Shown: positions 13,340 to 25,794 of the stretch, piece after piece
How positions within the stretch are numbered: position 1 is the stretch's first letter
Layout: every line of letters begins with the position of its first letter
Source: Octopus sinensis
Taxonomy: Eukaryota
DNA length: 64,000 nucleotides
Reading direction: 5' to 3'
Assembly (NCBI RefSeq): GCF_006345805.1
Contig: NC_043001.1
Span: 29,016,001-29,080,000 of the forward strand
Program-made: the position numbers and the translations under genes
The notes under the pieces: model-generated
What the model was told of the DNA's origin: nothing
What the model saw: only the letters and a program-made list of their open reading frames with translations
Database searches by the model: none

Positions 13340-13919
13340 CATACAACTGGGAAATATCATCATCATCATCATCATCATCATCATCGTTTAATGTCTACCA
13401 AATCCTCTCACAAAGCTTCGGTCGGCCCGAGGCTATAGTAGAAGACACTCGCCCAAGGTGCCATGCAGTGGGACTGAACCCAGGACCATGTGGTTGGTAA
13501 GCAAGCTTCTTACCGCACAGCCACTCATAAAATTCATACTGACTCCTTTACTGCATATCATACATAGTCATTTCCACAATTCCTGCAGAGTCAAAATTCA
13601 ATAGATGTACTTTGAGGTTTCACAATTTTGGTTCTCCTTCTAACTTTGAAAACTTTCTCTCTAAATGTTTAAGAATTAAGATATGTGAACTTGTTCATTG
13701 GTCTACATGAATAGTCAATTCAAACTGGTCTGTTAGGAACTAGAGGACATAATAAACATGATGAGGTGAGAATAAGTCTTGATGTACATCAACTTGAATG
13801 TTACTTTCTTTCTTAAACTTATAACTATTGCTACCTTATTGAGGGCATGTCTGATTATAGTTTCCATGGCCTTCATGAGCCATTTATCTACACAAGCACA
13901 CACATAATATGGTTATTAC

Positions 13920-13969
<50 letters not shown>

Positions 13970-13990
13970 TGATAGATAGATAGATAGATG

Positions 13991-14055
<65 letters not shown>
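13920..14055. repeat. (TAGA)n/(GA)n microsatellite; further (TAGA)n at 14700-14767
   Basis: Directly visible. Confidence 0.95.
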
Positions 14056-14057
<2 letters not shown>

Positions 14058-14190
14058 GAAATAGACAGACAGACGGGCGGATGGGCGGACAGGCAGGTAG
14101 GCAGGCAAGTAGGTAAGTAGGTATAGTGAGATAATGAGAGTGAGAGACAGATATATATATAAATAAATATATATATATATATATATATAT

Positions 14191-14390
14191 AGTAAATCCA
14201 AACATGAAAACAGAAAGAGAAAACACAACAATGCGAGGACGTGGAACAAATATAGTATTATTGGATTCTCAGGAAGAAAGGGAAGAAGGAGGGTTTTACG
14301 TTTTGAGCGGAGCTCTTCGTCGGAAACATAGGAGAAGGAAAGATCCAGAGAAGGGAAGACGGAGGAAAAGAAATCGCCAACGGTACACAC

Positions 14391-14391
<1 letters not shown>
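14191..14391 (-). mobile_element. ~200-bp repeat carrying a minimal hammerhead-like motif (Penelope/retrozyme-like); copies at 23218-23412 and 57573-57750
   Basis: Three near-identical copies beside (TA)n/(GA)n/(TG)n tracts; minus strand gttt-CYGACGA-a-gagc-tcy-gctc-GAAAC-GTT-aaac. Confidence 0.65.
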
Positions 14392-14429
<38 letters not shown>

Positions 14430-14700
14430 TAGATAAGTTTCTTTATTGGCCACACAGGGCTGCACACAGATGGGACAAGTTACAAGGTAGAGCTTTTCTT
14501 TTGGGGGATGAAAAAAACAAAAAACAAAAGAAACAAAAAAAAGGGGTGGCGTAGATTTTCGATCAAGAGGGATCGTAAAAGGGAAGAAAAGAACAAAAAA
14601 AAATTTAAAAAAATAAAATAAAAAATAAAAAAATAAAAATAAAAATAAAAAAAGAAAAGGAAAAGGAACAAAAGAAAAGAGAAATGAAAAAAGAAGAAAC

Positions 14701-14767
<67 letters not shown>

Positions 14768-15170
14768 CATCGTTATTTTAAGATTTACTTTACTTTGCTA
14801 ACTTGGGTAAGATGAAGGTGTTTTGGGGTCAGGGTTTTCTATGGCTAGAAGTCTTTCCTGTTGCTAATGCCACCCAACCCCCCCCCCATGTGTTTACAAA
14901 TGAGGTTATAATCTTCCAGTCAACCGAAAAACAAGTGGCCTGGAAATGCTTGCATGAAGAACCAGATACAAACAACACGGAAATGTGCCTTTTGCTTACA
15001 AAGATTGTGCAACAAGTCGAGACATGTCGAGAAGCTTGGATATTCTTTTGTAAGGGATTGCAAGCAAACGACGGTTAGCAAAGCCATTGATTGTAAACCA
15101 GCCTGCAAAATGTGCCTGCAGATGAGAGAGAAATATGTAATCACTCAAACACAGACACACACACACACAC

Positions 15171-15227
<57 letters not shown>

Positions 15228-15436
15228 CTCTTTTACTCTTTTACTTGTTTCAGTCATTTGACTGTGGCCATGCTGGAGCACCACCTTTAGTCGAGCAAAT
15301 CGACCCCAGGACTTAGTCTTTTAAGCCTAGTACTTATTCTATCGGTCTCTTTTTGCCGAACTGCTAAGTTACGGGGACGTAAACACACCAGCATCGGTTG
15401 TCAAGCGATGTTGTGGGGTCAAACACAGACACACAA

Positions 15437-15483
<47 letters not shown>

Positions 15484-15653
15484 CATATATACGATGGGCC
15501 TCTTTCAGTTTCCGTCTCCCAAATCCACTCACAAGGACTTGGTTGGCAAGAGGCTATAGTAGAAGATACTTACCCAAAGTGCCATGCAGTGGGACTGAAC
15601 CTGGAACTATGCAGTTGGTAAGCAAGCTACTTACCACACAGCCATACCTGTGC

Positions 15654-15696
<43 letters not shown>

Positions 15697-15770
15697 TGTG
15701 TGTGTATATATATGTATGTATATGTATGTGTAAATATATACACACACACATATATATACATACATACATG

Positions 15771-15801
<31 letters not shown>

Positions 15802-17336
15802 GTATCATCATCATCATCATTATCATTTAACATCCACTTTCCATACTAGCATGGGTTGGATGGTTTGACTGTGTATATATATATATCCCTCTAAATACCA
15901 ACAACTTCACAGTGGAGGCTGGATGCCTTTCTTGTGGCACCAGCATTGGCAGGGTCACCAAATAGCTTGCAAGGCAAGGAATTTTGAGAGGAGGGGGCAC
16001 TGGAGGAGTTGATCACACACAAGTACACATACATACACACACACACACATTGTAGAAAAATATGTTATTGGCCAGCCATGAAACTCGAACTCACATCTTT
16101 GTGATTATGCAACAAGTGCTTTACGATTAAGCTAAACTGAGCTGTAATGAATTCTTCTGCAATTTTAGAACTTATTAATTTAGCTTCATGAGATGCTAAC
16201 GTTAAATTCAACTTATGATGAAAGTGAACAAACAAAGTTTGTTTTAGAAGTGTTGAGATGTATTGACGCGTAATCACAGGGATGTGAGTTCGAGTCTCAT
16301 GGCTTGCCGGTAATGTAATTTTCTGCAATGTATGGATAATTTATCCTGATCACGCTATTTTATTAGCATTATCATGTAGTTGAGAATAAAATATTTATTT
16401 CTGTATCTTTCAATGTATATATATATGTGTGTGTGTGTGTGTATATATACACACACACATATATATATATATACATATATATATGGTGGTTGTGTATTTT
16501 GGGGGAGGAGACCAGTTGATTAGATCGACCCCAGTATGCAACTAGTACTTAATTTATCAACCCCGAAAGGATGAAAGGCAAAGTCGACCTTAGCATAATT
16601 TGAACTCAGAACATAAAGACAGACAAAACACCACTAAGCATTTTGCCTGGTGTGCTAACGTTTCTGCCAGCTCGCTGCCTTACAAGGAAAAGAAGATATT
16701 GAACAACCATTTAGTTACAATGTGAAAGTGATACCTTCATAGATTAACATGAGCTTACATTTGCATACCATCATCATCATCATCGTTTAACATCTGTTTT
16801 CCATGCTGGCATGTGTTGGACGGTTCGAACAGGGTCTGGGAAGCCAGGAGGCTGCACCAGGCTCCAGCCTGACCTGCCAGTGTTTCTACAGCTGGATGCC
16901 CTTCCTAATGCCAACCACTCCGTGAGTGTAGTGGGTGCTTTTTTTTTACGTGCCACTGGCACAGGTGCCAGGGGAGACTGGCAACGGCCACGATCAGTTG
17001 GTGCTTTTTACGTGCCACTGGCACAGAAGCCTGTCAAGGCACCGCTGGCATCGGCCACGTACGGATGGTGCTTTTTAGGTTCCACCGGCACAGGTATCAC
17101 GACTACAATTTCCATTTGATTTTTTGATGTTGATGTACTTGACTCAATAGGTCTCCTCAAGCACAGCAGGTCGCCCTACAATCCAAGGTGAGTACAGCAG
17201 GCCATCTTGCGATCCAACCAGAACTGTTGAAAGGAGAGGGATGTTTAACATTTAACTAAAGAATACTGATTCGTTGTATAAAGATTACCGTAACACATTA
17301 ATAATTCTCATAATTTTGTATTATTTTGTATTTCAG

Positions 17337-17482
17337 CTAACTCAGCTGTTTGGAAATTGGTTGAACACTACTAAGTTAGGAAATATTTTAAATATAAACC
17401 TAACTGATATTAAAATGGTTGGAAGTCTGTTGTGTGGGATTGGCAAAGCTGATCTGGAAAAACTCAGTCCTCAAGTCGTCAT
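17337..17482 (+). CDS. Exon 4 (module 1a), phase 0-2
   Basis: tttcag|CTA...GTCAT|gtatgt; 146 nt; LTQLFGNWLNTTKLGNILNINLTDIKMVGSLLCGIGKADLEKLSPQVVM (GxxLCG motif as in stereocilin/otoancorin). Confidence 0.9.
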
Positions 17483-18024
17483 GTATGTCCTTATATTAGC
17501 GTTGTTTTTTAATTTAAAAAAAAATTTCTTTTTTTTTTCAATTTTTATCTTTTTGTTATTGATTGTAAAATTCCTTGAAAGGTCTACCTATTTCTTTACT
17601 ACCCACAAGGGGCTAAACACAGAGAGGACAAACAAGGACAGACAAACAGATTAAGTCGATTATATCGATCCCAGTGCATAACTGGTACTTATTTAATCGA
17701 CCCCAAAAGGATGAAAGGCAAAGTTGACCTTGGTGGAATTTGAACTCAGAATGTAGCGGCAGACGAAATACCGCTAAGCATTTCACCCGGCGTGCTAACA
17801 TTTCTGCCAGCTCGCTGCCTTCTTACCCCACAGCCATGCCTGCACCTGTTTGAAGGAAAAATTTTTTTCACTTATTTGCCTCAGCAGAGCAATGAAAGCA
17901 ATCCTAACCTCTACACTGAGAACAGTTTCATATTCACTTTGAAACAGTGTCTCTTGATACTTTTCCATTTTAAAACGTTCTATAGAATTTGTTTTTCATT
18001 CTAATTAAAATCTCATAACAAAAT

Positions 18025-18457
18025 CGAAATCGAAATCGAAATCAAATTCGATGACTGGCATCCGTGCTAGTGGACCATACGAGTGAGATCATTGCTGATG
18101 GCATGTTAAAAACACCATTCGAGCATGATCATTACCTGTGTTGCCTTACCGGCACTTGTGCTGGTGGCACGTGAAAAACATTCAGCGAGGTCGTTGCCAG
18201 TGCTGCTGGACTGGCTCCTGTGCAGGTGGCACATGAAAAGCACCATTTGAGCATGGCCAGTGTCAGTACCGCCTGACTGGCCCTCGTGCCGGTGGCACAT
18301 AAAAGCACCCACTACACTCTCAGAGTGGTTGGCGTTAGGAAGGGCATCAAGCAGTAGAAACTCTGCCAGATCAGATTGGAGTCTGGTGCAGCCATCTGGT
18401 TCGCCAGACCTCAGTCAAAATCGTCCAACCCATGCTAGCATGGAAAGCGAATGTTAA

Positions 18458-18494
<37 letters not shown>
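18025..18494 (+). mobile_element. Repeat family C (RTE-3'-end/SINE-like, GGAAGGGCATCCAGCTGTAGAAA core, internal ~55-60-bp subrepeats, (GAT)n tail); many copies e.g. 16770-17220, 21845-22190, 31340-32010, 39535-39950, 48495-48960, 51058-51526, 52380-52647, 58470-59420
   Basis: Recurrent unit ending CATGGAAAGCGGACGTTAAACGATGATGAT; at 43.8-45 kb related sequence adjoins an RTE coding remnant. Confidence 0.8.
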
Positions 18495-18495
<1 letters not shown>

Positions 18496-18801
18496 ATTGA
18501 TAGTCAGGGAACCACTAAAGAAAGTTTGCCGACTCATTTTCAAACTATATTCTGAGAATCAAACTTTATACTGCAAGCTAATGAAATAACACTCACCAAT
18601 TACATTTCAATGCTGCAGTTTGCAGCTGGAAATTTTCTTGCCCAATGTTACAACATCCCATACTAAATATCAATCATGGGAAATGAACTATCAGTCTTTC
18701 AATCTTTAATTTGAGAGTTCATCACTCACTTAACTCAAACAACCTAAATCTCTTAAAACTGAAGTTTTCTTTATCTTGTTACAAAAACGTTTGTCTTTTA
18801 G

Positions 18802-18944
18802 GAATGCAATTGAAGACATTGCTAAGCTAGATTCCTGTAATATTTCTGAACAACGAATGCTGCTTGATAAAGTTATTGCTTCTATGCAAAAAATAGAACC
18901 ACAGTGGTCACCAGAACTTCTAATAGCACTTGGCCCTCTGATTC
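18802..18944 (+). CDS. Exon 5 (module 1b), phase 2-1
   Basis: ttttag|G AAT...ATTC|gtaagt; 143 nt; NAIEDIAKLDSCNISEQRMLLDKVIASMQKIEPQWSPELLIALGPLI. Confidence 0.9.
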
Positions 18945-20815
18945 GTAAGTAGTTTCTTTCTTTTTTTCCTTTTTTTTCTTTGTTTTCTTTTTTCTTTTTT
19001 TCTTATTTTCTACTTTTTATTTATCTTTCTTTTTTCTACTTTTTTCTGTCACATAATTTGACTTAGTAAATGAACAATTTGGTCTGTTTATTCTAATGAC
19101 CTGTGGAAGTGCAATAGCGGTTTCAATTCCCAGACCGGGCGTTGTGAGTGTTTATTGAGCAAAAACACCTAAAGCTCCACGAGGCTCCGGCAGTGGGTGG
19201 TGGCGATCCCTGCTGTATTCTTTCGCCACAACTTTCTTTCAGTCTTTCTTCTGTTGGCCTGCTCGCTTAGCCAGTGGGGTGGCGTCATTTGAAGGCTAAA
19301 ACAATGCGATGTGCATTGTAACCAGCGATATGTAGCAACATCTGATAGCCTGGTCGGTCATGTGATCACGTGATTCTAATGACCTACCAATGTATAGAGT
19401 ATGTGTCTTTGCCCTAGGTGTTGGGAAGACACTCGGCAAGAAATGTAAGAAAAAGTGAAAGAAGAAGAAAAATAATAACAGTGATAATAATAATAATAGT
19501 AATAATAATGGTTTCAAATTTTGGCGCTAGGCCAGCAATTTTGGGAGCAAGTGTAAGTTGATTACATTCGTCCCAGAACTCAATTGGTACTTATTTTATT
19601 GAGCCTGCAAAGATGAAAGGCAAAATTGACCTCAGTGGAACTCAAACTCAGAATGTAAAGACAGACGAAATGCCACTAAGCATTTTGCCCAATGTGCTAA
19701 TGATTCTGCCAGCTTTCTTGCTTAATAATAATAAAAATAATTATAGTAATAATAATAATAATCCTTTCTACTAAAGGTACATTTGGGGGGCTTTTGAATG
19801 GGGACAAAGAATTTAAGAACAAACCTTAGAAAATTTTATCTTAAAATACATAAAACTTGTTAATTAGGGTCAGCAATTCATCAAGAATTATCTAGAAAGT
19901 CTTCAATATTCACTAAGAACTGATATGAAGAGTAGGGAAAAAAAAATTATATTTAAAGGGTGCAGAACGCTTCTCGTTTGAGACTACAAGTTGCAATTCA
20001 ATAGGAAACATAACTGAATTGGGTACAACACCAGCCTCTGTGGCAACATAATAAATCCTTTTTACTATAGGCAAAAGGCCTGAAATGTTGTGGGAAGGGC
20101 CTAACCAATTACGTCAATTACATTAATCATTTCATTGTTTAGGGCCTCTGTCATGGCTGTGAATTTCTCAGGACTGCCATCTTTCCTCAAAAGTTGCTCT
20201 AGGCTAAACAAAGGAATCCAAAAGGATGAAAGGCAATGGAATTCTTTTATCTAGAGCATAAAGAATCAGAAGTGCTACAAAGAATTTTGTTCAACATGCA
20301 TACAGTTACTAGTGTTAATACACTGGTAATTCATTAATTAATCCAGTTACCATTATATATGAAAATCAGCTTATCCGTTTTACTTAGGCACTTAGCAATA
20401 GTGGCTTTATAAGCAGTGTCTTTGTGGACAGTTAAAGATGATACTCAGTCACTGATGAAATCCCATCAAAGGACTGAAACTAGTCCATCTGATTCTACTT
20501 TACATGTCCATATGAATGTGCCTATTTTGTTTTTCATTTATGAAAGATTAATGACATGAAAGATAAGCACAGGTGTGGTTGTTTCTTAAGAAGTTTGTTT
20601 CCTATTCATGTCTATATATGTCTACACATGTAGTGTTACATGTGTAGACAGATTTGCATTGTGTAGACTACAATACAAAAATGTATTGCAGTCTACACAA
20701 TACATTTTTAGCTACACATGTAGATAAAAATGTATTGTTTGTAGTTGAGTATAGCATTGAAACAAAACACAGTTAATAAAGCATTAATACTGTATGTATA
20801 ATCTTATTTGCATAG

Positions 20816-20907
20816 GTTTATTGAATGAAACTACATTAGGAAATCTTACTCTGTCACATCTACAGAATGTGAGCTCTGAGTTGATTTCTCAAATACCTGC
20901 CGTACAG
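20816..20907 (+). CDS. Exon 6 (module 1c), phase 1-0
   Basis: gcatag|GT TTA...CAG|gtgagt; 92 nt; RLLNETTLGNLTLSHLQNVSSELISQIPAVQ. Confidence 0.9.
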
Positions 20908-21375
20908 GTGAGTGAAATTCTGTATTATTATTCTGTATTATAATAATTACATCGACCCCCAGTGCATAACTGGTACTTAATTTATCGACACCGAAAGGAT
21001 GAAAGGCAAAGTTGACCTCGGCGGAATTTGAACTCAGAACGTAACGGCAGACGAAATACGGCTACGCATTTTGCCCAGTGTGCTAACGGTTCTGCCAATT
21101 CGCCGCCTTTTCCAGTCAAACCATCTCACCCATACCAGCATAGATAGCAGATGTTAAATGATGATGAGTCTGACAACCCATTACCAGCATTTTTATCTCT
21201 TTTTTCATCTCCATCCAATTTACTCACATGCACCTATATATAATGTGGAGGAACTATAAACCTCTTCCACAACAACAAATTGTTCCTGTTCCTTCTATCA
21301 TACATTAGCTCCTGCAACACCTCATATAAACCCTCTTCTCTCTTAATTATTCTCCTCTCAGTCAAGGGAGCTTTT

Positions 21376-21602
21376 TTAACCCTTCAGCATTCAGATTACT
21401 CTGTCAAAAGCATGCCTTCTTATTCACATTAGTTTGAATTAATCATGCATTGTTTTGTAACTTTAAGATTTTGATGATGTGATTGTTTGTTTTTATAATG
21501 ACTTTGTAAAGTAGGTGTGAGAGACAAGATCTGACCAGTTTGAGTATAAAACAGGTTTGAAATTTTGGCCAGATATAGCTGGATTAAATGCTAAAGGGTT
21601 AA
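21376..21602. mobile_element. piggyBac-type MITE; related TTAA-flanked elements at 40422-40648, 45672-45967, 63281-63508
   Basis: TTAA-CCCTT ... AAGGG-TTAA termini; the 21.4/40.4-kb pair and the 45.7/63.3-kb pair share internal sequence. Confidence 0.75.
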
Positions 21603-22192
21603 TCTTGTATGTTTCAAACAGACCTCATTAGCTCTGCTGTCCCAAAAGAAGTACCCTGCACACTGTGTAAAGTGGTTAGTGCTAGGAAAGGATATCCAAC
21701 CAGAGAAGCCATGTCAGAACTAAGACACTGAAGCAAGATATGCTCCTTTGACCTGTTGGATTCTGTTAATCCCAATCCATGCCAGCATGGGAAGCAAGCA
21801 TTGAATGCTGATTCTAATTATAATGTGTTATGTACCTATATATCATCATCATCATCATCGTTTACCGTCCGCTTTCCATGCTAGCATGGGTTGGATGGTT
21901 CCACTAGGGTCTGGGAAACCAGGAGGCTGCACCAGGCCCAGTCTGATCTGGCAGTGTTTCTACTGCTGGATGCCCTTCCTAACGCCAACCACTCCATGAG
22001 TGTAGTGGGTGCTTTTTATGTGCCAGGCGAGGCTGGCAACGGCCACGATCCATTGGTGCTTTTTACGTGCCACCAGCATGGAGACCAGTCGGGGCAGCGC
22101 TGGCAACGGCCACGTTCGGATGGTTCCTTTACGTGCTACCGGCACTGGTATCACAACTACAATTTCCATTGATTTTTGAGCGATTTCGATTT

Positions 22193-22780
22193 GGGCATTA
22201 CTATACATAAATGCCTCACGCTAGGAGGGACTCTTAAAGTCAAAACTACAATAATAACCACATTGTACCGAACATGAGGGAATGCAACTCTCGAAGCAAG
22301 CCTCCTAGAAACAGACTCAGCTGTATATCATATGATTTCATAATTAGTGCAGAAAATGCACTTTTCACTCGTCAGTGCAAGCATAGTCAAGACATATAAA
22401 AATAAACAAAAACCAACATACCAGACGAACACCACATGTATCCAGCATAGTACATGGAAATTGTTTACACTTCTATATCTATGTAAGAGGCGGGCTTTTC
22501 AAATTACATTTCAGTACTCGTGTTTATGTATGTATGTATATGTATATAAGAAATAATTGAGATTCAGTTGAATTAAGTACTTAAATTGAGTCACCAAGGC
22601 AGTGCAGCTCGAAGTAAGGTGAATAAAAAGCAAATAAGTAACAAGGATGTCCAAGTATCAGTGCATTACGACAATTTCAAGTGGCTCCATTTAATCGATC
22701 AATGAAATCCTTAGATCAATACGCAATAAACCGCTCTCCTCAGAGCAGCCAACCATATAGATTTCAACATAAAGAAAAAA
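22193..22780 (-). mobile_element. Penelope-like terminal-repeat remnant; homologous foldback copy at 53234-53571
   Basis: GGGCATTACTATACATAAATGCC...GGGACTCTTAAAGTCAAAACTAC shared with 53.2-53.6 kb; degenerate hammerhead-like core at 22663-22750. Confidence 0.5.
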
Positions 22781-22952
22781 AACATTTTTTAGTATAACTT
22801 GCATCAGTACCAGCAACCAAAATAATTACATCATTTCTTGTTGCTATTTCCATGCTATTTCCATGTTGCTATTTCCATGAAAATAGCAATATATCATCAT
22901 CATTTAACATCCACTTTCTATGATTATATATATATATATATATGTATTTCAG

Positions 22953-23074
22953 GCTGCTGTAGTTAAAGAGATAATAATTCCTCAATTGAACAGCTTAGTC
23001 AATGTGTCAGAGGTGAAGATGCTGGTAACTATATTGTGTGAGACTAAAAATGTAACTAGCCTGAAATCTTTAAC
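22953..23074 (+). CDS. Exon 7 (module 2a), phase 0-2
   Basis: tttcag|GCT...TTAAC|gtaagt; 122 nt; AAVVKEIIIPQLNSLVNVSEVKMLVTILCETKNVTSLKSL. Confidence 0.85.
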
Positions 23075-24775
23075 GTAAGTAGTTCATGAATCTATAAATA
23101 TATTCAAACATATATGCACACATATACACATAATCCAAACTATCACACAAATAGAAGAATAATACATATACATTTGTATGTGAGCATGTGTGTGTATGTA
23201 TGTTCACATTTATATAAAGTTAATCCAAACAAGAAAGCACAAAAAAAACTCAACGCGAGGACGTGGAACAAATATAGTATTATTGGATGCTCAGGAAAGA
23301 AGGAAAGAAGGAGGGTTTAACGTTTCGAGCAGAGCTCTTCGTCGGAAACATAGGAGAAGGAAAGATCCAGAGAGAGGAAGACAGAGGAAAAAAAATCGCC
23401 AACGGTACACACGCTGTCACATTTATATACATACATACATATGTGTGCGTTTTGCATGTGTGCATGTGTGTGTGTGTGTGTGTGTGTGAAAGCACATGGC
23501 CTTGTGATCAAAGTGCACCTGTGATCACTAAATTGTGAGTTTGATTCCTGGACTGAGTGGCATGTTATGTTCTTGAGCAAAACACTTCATTTCACATTGC
23601 TCCAGTCCACTCACCAATAAATGGATAACCCTGTGATGGACTAACCTTCTGATCAGAGAGAATGTTGGTTTTGTCACCTAGCCAGATGTGGGGCATCATT
23701 TGAAAGCTAAAATGATGTAAAGTGCATTGTAACCAGCAATGTATAACAGTATTTGGTTGATCGCATGATATATATATATACGTCACTTATCTTTCTCACT
23801 ATCCAAAACCATTTTCCTTGATATCCATCCGCCATTCCTAATAGGGACCCACTCCACCCACATTTTACATTGATCACACTTCTGTGCCAAATCATCTCTC
23901 CTTCTTTGTCACCAGATATCTATTCCAGGACTACTCTGTCAAAAGTGGTTGTCTGGTATCATTCTCTAGTCAATCTAGATGCCTTTATCAATATAGCCAG
24001 AAGCTTTTTGACCAAGGCATTATTTCCCGAGAACACATAGATACCATAAACGTTTTAATCACCATTATGCTAAGGTTAGGCATTCCTGTTTAGACAACAC
24101 CACTTCTAACTTCACACACTTCAAAAGAAGCATACACATATCTACACAACCTCCATCCCACATTACCACCTGCAATTGCTGAAATTCTACCAACTGTCCA
24201 GTGTGTGGAACCTACCTCTTGTAGGCCAAGGTCTATAGAGTCACTCCACACTACTTAATAGTATTACAAAATTATACAGGCATGATGGCCAGTGACTTAA
24301 AGTGGAACAACTGTAGCATATGCCCTTCTTTCATTACAATCTTATTGATGAATATGTGCCCCTCAGATATCTTTTTTCTCAACTCTCTCTGCATGTTTAC
24401 TGTTAATGTCACAGATCATGTGTCAGGTCAGAGACTGTGATGAAAGGATTTTGACAGATTACTCAATTAACTAATTGATTGATTGATTAATCAGCTGATT
24501 GATTGGTAATAAAACTGAAGTAAAATATATTCAATGTATGTGTTTTTATTGACAGTATGACCTTCATGAAATATAACATGGCAAATCACCAATTTTCTAC
24601 AAATGCATGGAAATTGGTTAAAGATTGGCATAACTAATGACTAATAACCTAAGCATACATGACCAAATGATATTCATTAGGTATTTAGAGATGTGTTACA
24701 TATCCCAATATATTGACCATAATGATACATGATTTCACTCAATTTTTAATGTCTTCATATCCATTTCTTTTATAG

Positions 24776-24921
24776 GGGTGCTATTCAGAATTTGACACAG
24801 AATGATTTAACATGTACCCCCAAAGATCGGGATATGTTCTTGAAAAAGCTTCTGAATTCTTCATCTGCAAGTGTTACAGACATTTTCAGACAAATAATTA
24901 AGAATGTCAGTTCCTTTATAG
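24776..24921 (+). CDS. Exon 8 (module 2b), phase 2-1
   Basis: ttatag|G GGT...ATAG|gtaaat; 146 nt; GAIQNLTQNDLTCTPKDRDMFLKKLLNSSSASVTDIFRQIIKNVSSFI. Confidence 0.85.
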
Positions 24922-25246
24922 GTAAATATTTTCTCTATGATATTAATAAAATTTTTGATTTGAATAAATTGCTTGATGAACCAAATAATTAACAGCCATC
25001 TTAAGTTACCAGCCATCTTAATGATCAGCCTAGTAATTAGTTATTAAAATTATAAAAATGCAGAGTAGCCTGATGTTGCATAGGTACAGGCATAGTTGTG
25101 TAATTAAGAAGCTCACCTTGTGACCACGTGATTTCAGGTTCCCACTGTGTGGCACCTCAGGCAAGTATCTCTTTCTATAGCTTCAGGGCAATAAACGCTT
25201 TGGGAGTGAATTTAGTACACAAAAGCAGTATGGAAGCCTGTTGTGT

Positions 25247-25307
<61 letters not shown>

Positions 25308-25702
25308 TTTGTATTTATCCCTTTCAACCACTATGTGGGTGTCTTTTCAGAACATTGTCTGGTTTAAAAAGCCACATCAGAGACCCATGATGGTGCTGAG
25401 GTATTGGTCCAGGAGGTGGTCAAATTCTGTATAAGGAGTAGACAACCACCATGTATGTGTGAGTGTGTGTGTGTGCTCATGCATGTGTGTATCCATATGT
25501 GCATGTGTGCATACACAAAGAGAATATGCCCATGGAAACCCATTGGTGCTAGAAATGCCTGGATTATTCTCCAATAGTTCAATCCCTTATCTTCACAAAT
25601 AAAATTATGTCCTGTCAATTATTTAAAGTTTTCAATCTCTTCCATCATTTCTAAATCCAATGGAATAATCAATCTGTTGTCATTTTTAAAAATTATTTCC
25701 AG

Positions 25703-25794
25703 TAAGACCTCGTAATAGCAGCTTGGCAAAGTTTACACAAGAACAAATCTCTAATGCCATTGATGTTGTTATGCAGAAAATTCCAGCTGTGCAT
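25703..25794 (+). CDS. Exon 9 (module 2c), phase 1-0
   Basis: ttccag|TA AGA...CAT|gtatga; 92 nt like exon 6; VRPRNSSLAKFTQEQISNAIDVVMQKIPAVH (ends IPAVH vs IPAVQ). Confidence 0.85.

Noticed and set aside
6838-17336. Additional exons in the 10.5-kb intron 3
   Set aside because: Exons 3 and 4 join in phase with continuous family similarity, and no convincing AG-ORF-GT unit was seen
18055-18310. Regularly spaced GTGCCGGTGGCACGTAAAAAGCACC repeats resembling a CRISPR array (also 31.5-31.8, 39.5-39.8, 48.5-48.8, 51.1-51.4 kb)
   Set aside because: Spacers are related to each other, the units are internal subrepeats of dispersed family C, the context is eukaryotic, and no cas genes are present
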